A stretch of 7,359 nucleotides of DNA from positions 17,325-24,683 of the forward strand of contig JBJCIZ010000819.1 in the NCBI GenBank assembly GCA_051294375.1, written 5' to 3'. Positions 1 to 6,870 of this stretch are shown here, one piece after another. The position numbers and the translations under genes were made by a program. The stretch's first letter is position 1, and each line of letters starts with the position of its first letter. Source of the stretch: Paraspadella gotoi. Lineage: Eukaryota > Animalia > Chaetognatha. The notes beneath the pieces were generated by a model. It had not been told where the DNA came from. It worked only from the letters and a program-made list of their open reading frames with translations, and made no database searches.

Positions 1-14
1 GGAGGCCCAGGCCT

Positions 15-82
15 GGGTTAGGGTTAGGGGAGAGGCACAGGGTTGAACGGGAGGTTTGGTTTAAGGTTAGGGTTGGGAGAGG
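15..82 (+). repeat. Interstitial telomere-like (TTAGGG) G-rich tract, two imperfect copies of GGTTAGGGTT(AG)GGGAGAGG
   Basis: GGGTTAGGGTTAGGGG at 15-30 and GGTTAGGGTTGGGAGAGG at 65-82, with further GGG runs at 40-42 and 49-51. Too short to be a true telomere. Confidence 0.7.
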
Positions 83-144
83 AGCCTGTAGGTGATGTTC
101 ATCCCCGTGTTAGCTGCGCTTTTCATTATATTCGCTACTTTTAT

Positions 145-272
145 CACTGGCGAGATCGCCAGTGGGGGGACTGGCGACATCGCCAAAGCCCTGGCGATAT
201 CGCCATGGCGAAGTCGCCAACCAACTTGAACCACAACTGCGACTCGTGCGTGAATCGCCGGCGACATCGCTA
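145..272. repeat. Array of 14-bp palindromes TGGCGA-NN-TCGCCA, probably subterminal repeats of a non-autonomous DNA transposon
   Basis: Copies at 148-161 (spacer GA; extends to the 20-bp CACTGGCGA-GA-TCGCCAGTG at 145-164), 172-185 (CA), 192-205 (TA), 206-219 (AG), plus a degenerate copy at 259-272. Confidence 0.85.
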
Positions 273-387
273 TTTGAATGAACTACAACTTAGGTTTGCA
301 AATGACAGCATATTTCTACTGGCGCTTGTAAAATTGTCACCATATAAGTCCCAGTCAAAACTATAAAAGCGTAGTCGTTTTTATATA

Positions 388-824
388 AACAAGTTTGAGC
401 AAACAATGTCGGATCTGTCCACAATCATTATCGGTAATTAATTAATTAATTAATGATTAATTAATAATTAATTCCAGTTAATTATTTAATTATTTAATTA
501 ATTAATAAATAATTAACTTGAATAGATTAATTAATTAATTAGGCAATTAATTAATTAATTTGATTCAAAATGTTTGTTTTGATTGACTGATTAATTAATT
601 ATTGATTAATTGACTAATTGATTAATTAACTGATTAATTATTTGATTAATTAATACATCTTGCATTTACATTTAAAATAAAAAGAAAAAGAAGCATAATC
701 AATTAGTGAAACAGGTTCTTTGTTTTTTCCATTTAAATTCATTTCCACTAAAACGATTCCATTGAAACTTAATTTCCAGTTTAATCACACACTTTTCTAC
801 CAACATACAAAATTTCAAGTCAAT
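388..824 (-). mobile_element. Left copy/arm of a non-autonomous Helentron-associated (HINE/DINE-1-like) repeat, truncated by an assembly gap
   Basis: Reverse complement of 2749-3131. On the - strand it ends ...GCTCAAACTTGTT after a short imperfect hairpin, like the CTTGTT(T) 3' end of Drosophila DINE-1. It carries an internal microsatellite and a CATACAAAATTTCA motif (804-817) reminiscent of HINE cores. The repeat is certain; the family is inferred. Confidence 0.65.
435..654. repeat. Degenerate (TTAA/ATTA)n microsatellite inside the left arm
   Basis: Runs of TTAATTAATTAA with TTGA/CTAA variants over ~220 bp. Confidence 0.95.
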
Positions 825-1431
825 NNNNNNNNNNNNNNNNNNNNNNNNNNNNNNNNNNNNNNNNNNNNNNNNNNNNNNNNNNNNNNNNNNNNNNNNNNNN
901 NNNNNNNNNNNNNNNNNNNNNNNNNNNNNNNNNNNNNNNNNNNNNNNNNNNNNNNNNNNNNNNNNNNNNNNNNNNNNNNNNNNNNNNNNNNNNNNNNNNN
1001 NNNNNNNNNNNNNNNNNNNNNNNNNNNNNNNNNNNNNNNNNNNNNNNNNNNNNNNNNNNNNNNNNNNNNNNNNNNNNNNNNNNNNNNNNNNNNNNNNNNN
1101 NNNNNNNNNNNNNNNNNNNNNNNNNNNNNNNNNNNNNNNNNNNNNNNNNNNNNNNNNNNNNNNNNNNNNNNNNNNNNNNNNNNNNNNNNNNNNNNNNNNN
1201 NNNNNNNNNNNNNNNNNNNNNNNNNNNNNNNNNNNNNNNNNNNNNNNNNNNNNNNNNNNNNNNNNNNNNNNNNNNNNNNNNNNNNNNNNNNNNNNNNNNN
1301 NNNNNNNNNNNNNNNNNNNNNNNNNNNNNNNNNNNNNNNNNNNNNNNNNNNNNNNNNNNNNNNNNNNNNNNNNNNNNNNNNNNNNNNNNNNNNNNNNNNN
1401 NNNNNNNNNNNNNNNNNNNNNNNNNNNNNNN
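825..1431. other. Assembly gap (607 N)
   Basis: Uninterrupted run of N. Confidence 1.
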
Positions 1432-1572
1432 AAAGACAGAGAGACAAGACTAAAAAGGCGTGGGCACGCGACGAACGACAAACGTCGACGTGAGAACGGA
1501 CAGCGTACACAAAGAAGTAATTCTGAAGCGTATAATAGAGCCAAGTGACCAGCTTCAGCGGCCCAGTCAGGA
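1432..1572 (-). mobile_element. Possible 5' part of a HINE/DINE-like repeat
   Basis: GC/CpG-richer island. The - strand starts with an imperfect hairpin (TGACTGGGCCGCTGAAGCTGGTCA), followed by TGTCCGTTC/GTTTGTCGTTCGTC-type short repeats, and runs into TC-rich sequence at the gap. The layout recalls DINE-1 block A plus microsatellite. Confidence 0.3.
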
Positions 1573-2484
1573 TTTGAATAAAAACATGCAAAATATTACA
1601 CGAAGCTTATTTACATCGTGACTTTAGTACTTTTTAATCGTAATCAGTAAGTTTTCAAATTCGCCAATTCTTTCTAAATAGCATCACTTTTTCCATAATA
1701 AATCATACTTATATAATGTTCCACAAATATTTCTTTTGAGCATAATGGAAATACTCAGACATTTCATTTACTATTCTCAATATATTCTTGATACTTCACA
1801 ACCCAGCAGGGCAGATAGATACACAAAAATACTTTAGCCAACAGGCTCAAATCACACATATTATAAATGAACACAGATTTTCTCGTGCAGTTTGTGCAAT
1901 AGATTTGACCCTTCATTTAACTTAAATATAAAGTTTCCAGGATTACAGGACAATAGCAAAACTGGTGAACTTCAGTTTTCAACTTATAATCCAGCAAACG
2001 GGGAGACAAATTACATTGCAACCCAAGGGTTGCTCCACCATTACTATATCGAGCATTACTGAATACAAAGGAACATCCCAACAAAAACCTTAACATATAA
2101 TGAGCACTCTTTCTTGTCCACCTCACCATGCTAATAATCCATGACGGACAAAGAAGTGCAAGCGAACCCTCCCCAATTCTGGATTGAAATTGTTCCTTAA
2201 TACATTTAACTTAACAATGCCTCCTTTAAATCAATTCTTTATAAAAACTGAAAAAAAAAATAATACAAGCTAATATATTTAGGTTCTTGTTTTTAACCGA
2301 CTACATAATACAGCATCAGACCTCTTTCAATTTACACTTTCTGTCACTTAATATTATTACAACGACAGTTTTTTAAATTTGGGATATTTGGCCATGTTTA
2401 TGGCTAAATTTTATGCTTCAATCCAGACACACGTAAAAAATTATAAAAATTACTTAGTTAGAAACATTTATTACAAAACTTGTA

Positions 2485-2567
2485 TCTCTCTCTATTTTTT
2501 TCCCTATATCTCATCTCTTTTTTTCCCAAACATTCTATCTCTTTCTTTCTCTTCCTCTTTCTCTCTC
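2485..2567 (+). repeat. CT-rich low-complexity polypyrimidine tract
   Basis: TCTCTCTC...TCTTTCTTTCTCTTCCTCTTTCTCTCTC, with no G in the tract. Confidence 0.8.
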
Positions 2568-2748
2568 ATATCACTATAAAAAAACTTAATTACAATCAAC
2601 GTATTTCGCGCTGATGAAGTCTTGCAATTAGAGCCAAAAAATGTCCGTTTTAAATAAATCGTTGTTTGTAAAAAATAAGTTTTCTGATTTTTCTGCCTTT
2701 AATAAGAGAAATAATTATTAAGTAATTGAAAGATTTTTGGATAGGGCA

Positions 2749-3131
2749 ATTGACCTGAAATTTTGTATGTGGGTAGGAAAGTGTGTGATTAAGCTGGAAA
2801 TAAAGTTTCGATGGAGTTTGAGTGGAAATGAGTTTAAAGGAAAAAAACAAAAAACCTGTTTCACTAATTGATTATGCTTCTTTTTCTTTTTTTTATTAAA
2901 TGTAAATGTAAGATGTATAGATTAATCAAATAATTAATCAGTTAATTAATCAATTAATCAATTAATTAATCAATTATTAATTAATCAGTCAATTAATCAA
3001 TCAAAACAAACATTTTGGGTCAAGTTAATTAATTAATTGACTAGTTAATTAACTTGAATTAATTAATTATTAATTATTTAATTACCGATAATGATTGTGG
3101 GCAGATCCGACATTGTTTGCTCAAACTTGTT
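2749..3131 (+). mobile_element. Right copy/arm of the same HINE/DINE-1-like repeat; it may extend further left, but the partner sequence is hidden in the gap
   Basis: ATTGACCTGAAATTTTGTATG (2749) through ATTACCGATAATGATTGTGGGCAGATCCGACATTGTTTGCTCAAACTTGTT (3131) is the reverse complement of 388-824. There is one mismatch in the outer ~48 bp and roughly 85-90% identity in the unique inner part (estimated by eye). Confidence 0.7.
2921..3084. repeat. Degenerate (TTAA/ATTA)n microsatellite inside the right arm
   Basis: ATTAATCAATTAATTAAT-type runs, about 55 bp shorter than in the left arm. Confidence 0.95.
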
Positions 3132-3227
3132 ATAACATTAAGGGACGGACATGTTTCGACTCTTAAGTTTTCATCAGCATTTTGATTAGCCAAGTTTTTA
3201 GTTTTATTAAAATAACATTGAGTTTCT

Positions 3228-3253
3228 GAGAGAGAGAGAGAGTNNNNNNNNNN
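3228..3253. repeat. (GA)n microsatellite running into a 10-N gap (3244-3253)
   Basis: GAGAGAGAGAGAGAG at 3228-3242, then T and 10 N. This is a typical contig break at a simple repeat. Confidence 0.9.
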
Positions 3254-3483
3254 GCCAGTTTGTGGCTTCAATTCTCTTGTGCCCTTTTTTAATTTATTTG
3301 GTTATTACCAAGCTTCGGTTTTATGATTTAAGCTTAAGGCTTACTGATGTTGTTGCTTTATTGTTCTCAAACCCTTGGGGGTTCAAGTAAGAAGGTTTGG
3401 CTTTCTCCTGTTTGACAGGACCAAGCCTCAAGGCTTTTGTCTATTGCTCATTTTGTTTATAAGGATTCATTGATTTTTCTGCC

Positions 3484-4326
3484 ATGGCTATGGCTAAGTC
3501 ACTGGAAGATGTTCTTGAGGATCTGAAGGGAGAAGCTGAACAGGCATCATTAGTTGCTCATCATGCCATTGCAGCTGCAAGGACCGCGCCTAGAGTTGAG
3601 CGCTTAAGGTCACTTCAGAGTGCCAAGGATGCTTTCTTAAGATTTTGTGACAAAGTAGATGCCATTGAAACGTTCCGCCAAGAGGGTGGAAAGACTCGTA
3701 CCATGGAGATTAAGATCAAGTGAGCCTTAAGTAGGTTATGCTCTACTCGCGAACAATACAAAGCCAGTCTTGATGCCATTGGGAAAACTCCCCCTTCTTC
3801 ACCTAATCTAGAATCTGTATCAACAGCTGCTACTCTTTCTGCTGATTTGGCTGTGAGTACTATAGCATCAACATCCTTGCCTCCTGCTTCAGTGACAGTC
3901 ATTTCCCTTCCGCCTCCTCCTGCATCGTCTAGGAGAACCTCTACACAAGAGGATGAGCAGTCATATGTATCTGCTGGTGGCCATTCTCGTCATTCATCAA
4001 AGAGCAGATCTACTGGGAGTACTACCTCATCAAAGCGCGATAAGCGCGCTGCTACTGATGCTGCTATCCAGCTTAAGAAACAGCAGCTTAAGCTTAATTT
4101 CTTTCAGCAGCAGCAGGAGACAGAGCAGAAACTGAGAAAGAAACAAAGAGATCAGGAAGAAGAACAGAGGAAGAGGCAGAGAGAACTAGAAGAGGAGCAA
4201 GAGGAGAACCAGAGAGCGAAGGAACTGCAGGAGCAGACCTTGGAACTCAATATGCGCCAACTTGATCTGGAAGGTGCTCTGGAGAATGTGCGAACCAGTG
4301 AGGAGGGGATTCAAGAGGGACTGTAG
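3484..4326 (+). pseudogene. Disrupted Gag-like ORF, probably the N-terminal region of a BEL/Pao LTR-retrotransposon polyprotein
   Basis: ORFs 3484-3723 and 3847-4326 are the same frame, separated by a single TGA (3721-3723); the linker reads ALSRLCSTREQYKASLDAIGKTPPSSPNLES. The start is in good context (GCCATGG). The architecture is a helical N-terminus, a Pro/Ser/Thr linker, SRHSSKSRSTGSTTSSKR, AATDAAIQLKKQQLKLNF and an E/Q/R coiled coil, matching the pattern seen upstream of the DUF1759 Gag domain in BEL/Pao elements. No DUF1759, zinc knuckle, LTR or PBS is visible. Confidence 0.6.
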
Positions 4327-4457
4327 AGAAGTTTCCGTCTCTCTATGCCGCTCCAAGTAATATCAGTTGGTCCAGGGAAGGCTCGGTTAAATACCGCAAC
4401 CGACAAGGCAACCACTGACTCTATATCATGAGTATAATCTCGAAGACAATGTAAAGG

Positions 4458-4521
<64 letters not shown>

Positions 4522-4568
4522 AAAACAAAAAAAAAAAAACAAAAAAAGAAAAAAAAAAAGAAAAAAAA

Positions 4569-4666
<98 letters not shown>

Positions 4667-4669
4667 AAA
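4458..4669 (+). repeat. ~212-nt poly(A) tract with a few C/G/T interruptions
   Basis: Directly visible. Interruptions cluster at 4521-4570, with one at 4665. Confidence 0.97.
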
Positions 4670-5390
4670 GCATGGTCGGTATGCTATCATGCAAGAGAAT
4701 AAAAACATTATATAGAGAGTTGCATGTCTTCAAGGGAAGGAAAACTTGATTCCAATCAAGAGCAAATCTGTTGCCTACAAAGGAAAGGACGCAAGGGGAT
4801 TTGATCGTTATTATACTTGCTTCTGATTTTTTCTTTTTTATAAAATCGCGTCAGTCAGAAAAAGGGCAATCCTTTGCAAAAGAATTTGTCATTCAACAAG
4901 AAACTATTTGCCAAAAGCCATAAGCCTGGAACAAAGAAAACATTTTCATTACCATTCTTCATGATGTATTTAGAACAAAAACAAATGAGAAAACTAAGGA
5001 GAAAAACAGAAGACCAGTGCCAATCAAGTTGGGGGCTATATAGATGTGGTGATAGGGCAAGGGGGGAGGTATTAGGAATAGAAAGTACTATGAACGGAGT
5101 CCAATAGGACGAGTATCATTAGGTTATGTGAGGTGTTTGAATGAGCCCTCAACTGGGTGATGTTCCAATACAAATAAGAGAATAAGGAATTGCTCTGGAA
5201 CAAGGTCTTTCACAGTCAAGTTCAATTCCATAAACAAGAGAAATTTGTTAGACTGCCATCCATACTAGGAATGCATTGAAAGAACCATACCATTAAGAGA
5301 TTCATAAAGTTAAAGGAAAACTTAGACTTATTTGAAACCCAAAAGATTATTTTTAAGAAGGAACTCAAATATTGGCTCTCACTCGTTTAA
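4670..5390 (+). mobile_element. Decayed non-LTR retrotransposon (CR1/L2/Crack-like) ORF2 C-terminal fragment
   Basis: Motif remnants occur in the expected order across frameshifts: AWS (4670; cf. 'W...N.M..N..K'), QGDLIVIILASDF (4792; cf. KDLGVIIDSxL), STRNYLP (4893; cf. RIRxYL), LEQKQMRKLRR (4970; cf. LExVQRRAxR), LGIES/YER (5072; cf. LxLxSLxxRR), YVRCLN (5125; cf. YKxLN), LDLFETQKIIFKKELKYWLSLV-TAA (stop 5388-5390; cf. FKKxLKxxL terminus). Confidence 0.55.
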
Positions 5391-5864
5391 GAGGCTTGAT
5401 CCGGAAGAGCGGGCGAGCGTTGATTCTTTCTGCAAATTCTCTTAGAGGAGCATGGAAACGACGCCAACACAGCCAAATAAATACGGCGACGGGGGAGCGA
5501 GCCCGGCACCGCAGCCTTAATTTCAGGAGGCGACCACGCGGCAAGCGCAGTCCCGAATTCTGCAGGCGACCGTATCAAATGAATACTTCAACCCTTGCTA
5601 CGGCGATGCAATCATTTTGGATTGCTAGCCGTATGAATGGACAGCCGGTACAAGGTTCAATTTTTGGACGTTGGGCCGGCTTAAATGTGTGGATTAATGA
5701 ATGTGATGACTTAATGAGGTGATGATTAAATTGTAGTTGTAATTTCTATTTCATTAAATATCTATTTTTATTTATGAAACGCCCGGTATTCGGCCGGTAG
5801 AATAGGTGCTTCTAAGTATCCATTAATTAGTATTTATTAAATATAAACAATAAATTAGAATAAA
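5391..5864 (+). other. Possible LINE 3' UTR ending in AATAAA-containing tail
   Basis: Follows the ORF2-like stop directly. It has a GC/CpG-rich first half, a small CCGG-containing inverted motif at 5783-5797, and AATAAA at 5849-5854 and 5859-5864. Confidence 0.3.
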
Positions 5865-5902
5865 TTTATATTTTAAACAATATTTTTGGTGACTGTTTAC
5901 AG

Positions 5903-6271
5903 CTTCATGGATATTGGAAAATTTACATGTTTACGACATTTATTCTTTCCAATGCCATTGGCATGAGGACTTTATTTGATACTCTTCTGTGATGAAAAAA
6001 CCTTGATGGTTCTTATGAATTTGAATCCCTTTCGAAACCCCTTTGAATTATGAAACATGAAACATTCCTTTCATTTTGAGGCAATGAATTGATAATGGAT
6101 TTTCATCAATATCGTTTGACATGGATTCTTAATTGAATCGAAATAACTTTGGACACAGAAGAGGATCCATCCACTCTGAAAAAATGAACAGTAACACCAA
6201 CGACTGAGCATTGATTGATTACGAGGACTGGATGGGATTGAATTTTGCTTGCGCTGACGTCATTTCAAGAG
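5903..6271 (+). pseudogene. Putative 369-bp phase 0-0 (pseudo)exon with 8 in-frame TGA codons; product unknown
   Basis: Acceptor TTTTGGTGACTGTTTACAG| ends at 5902 and donor GAG|GTAAGA starts at 6272. The 123 codons include TGA at 5990, 5993, 6044, 6077, 6134, 6185, 6212 and 6239, with no TAA/TAG and no CGA codon. Confidence 0.5.
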
Positions 6272-6693
6272 GTAAGATGTAATTTAGGCCATAAAATGAA
6301 TTGGATGAATTGAAATGTTAGGACGATTTAACTCTTTAAAGAGATTTTGATTAAATCGTGTCAATGAAATAGGATTTAAAGAATTAAGAATTGAATAAAC
6401 AAAGAAATTAAAAATTTTATAACTTGATAATTTTTTTTTTGCGTCTTACTCTCCCCTTGCTTTTGCTGAGGTATGATCACCGAAATGGAACGAAAGAATC
6501 TAACAAAAGAACGGACAACAGCCAAACGGCCAGGCGGGCGTTTGGTCAAAGAATTGATCAGGGAGTCATATTCGAATTTTTGAATGTTTTTGAATGGACA
6601 TTTTAATATTTTTTTGTGTTGAATTGAATTGAGAAAACAAATATTAGAAAAACCAGAGCTGCTCTTTGTTTCCCCTCTAATCTTTCCTTTAAG

Positions 6694-6870
6694 AACGAAT
6701 TCTGAGTGATGACGCAAACTCTGAGAGAAGACAGCAGCCGGTGCATGATGTTGACTCAAGAACAACAACATCGCGGGCCGGCGTCGGAGGAACTTCAGAA
6801 AACTGAAAAAAAGGAATCCACGAATAGACGCCTGAATGTGGAAGCATAGCGTCAAAAATGAAACAAAGAA
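6694..6870 (+). pseudogene. Degenerate bZIP-like (ATF/Fos-type) basic region plus zipper fragment
   Basis: It follows CTAAT, a pyrimidine tract and AAG| (6677-6693). Frame 2 reads TNSE**RKL*EKTAAGA*C*LK, which is TNSERRRKLREKTAAGARCRLK if TGA is read as CGA. After a frameshift near 6760, frame 1 reads EELQKTEKKESTNRRLNVEA*RQK. The invariant bZIP Asn is missing. Confidence 0.4.

Noticed and set aside
142-164. TATCACTGGCG resembles a phage lambda operator half-site; the array could also suggest CRISPR
   Set aside because: The match is short and in a eukaryotic repeat context. The repeats are 14 bp with 0-10 bp gaps, with no spacers of CRISPR length and no cas genes.
43-366. ORFs 43-366 (+) and 67-267 (-)
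   Set aside because: They arise from GC-rich telomere-like and palindromic repeats and show no recognisable protein.
699-1591. Three long ORFs spanning the gap
   Set aside because: Artefacts of translating N's.
2650-2850. 66-aa ORF similar to the start of ORF 720-1493 (MFFxFKxIST...HTKFQVN)
   Set aside because: The similarity merely reflects the inverted non-coding repeat and is not evidence of a conserved peptide.
3254-3483. Search for LTR end and tRNA primer-binding site upstream of the Gag-like ORF
   Set aside because: No convincing CA followed by TGG PBS, and no second LTR. The region starts at a contig break.
3615-4135. ORFs 3615-3902 (-) and 3953-4135 (+)
   Set aside because: Shadow or alternate frames of the Gag-like ORF.
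4311-4733. Poly-Phe ORFs on the - strand
   Set aside because: Translation of the poly(A) tract.
5372-5722. 116-aa (+) and 63-aa (-) ORFs; possible tRNA-derived SINE boxes near GGTTCAATT (5655-5663)
   Set aside because: The ORFs are explained by local GC richness. There is no proper A-box/B-box pair or cloverleaf.
6255-6262. Perfect CRE palindrome TGACGTCA near the bZIP-like remnant
   Set aside because: A single 8-mer inside a putative exon is compatible with chance, with no promoter evidence.
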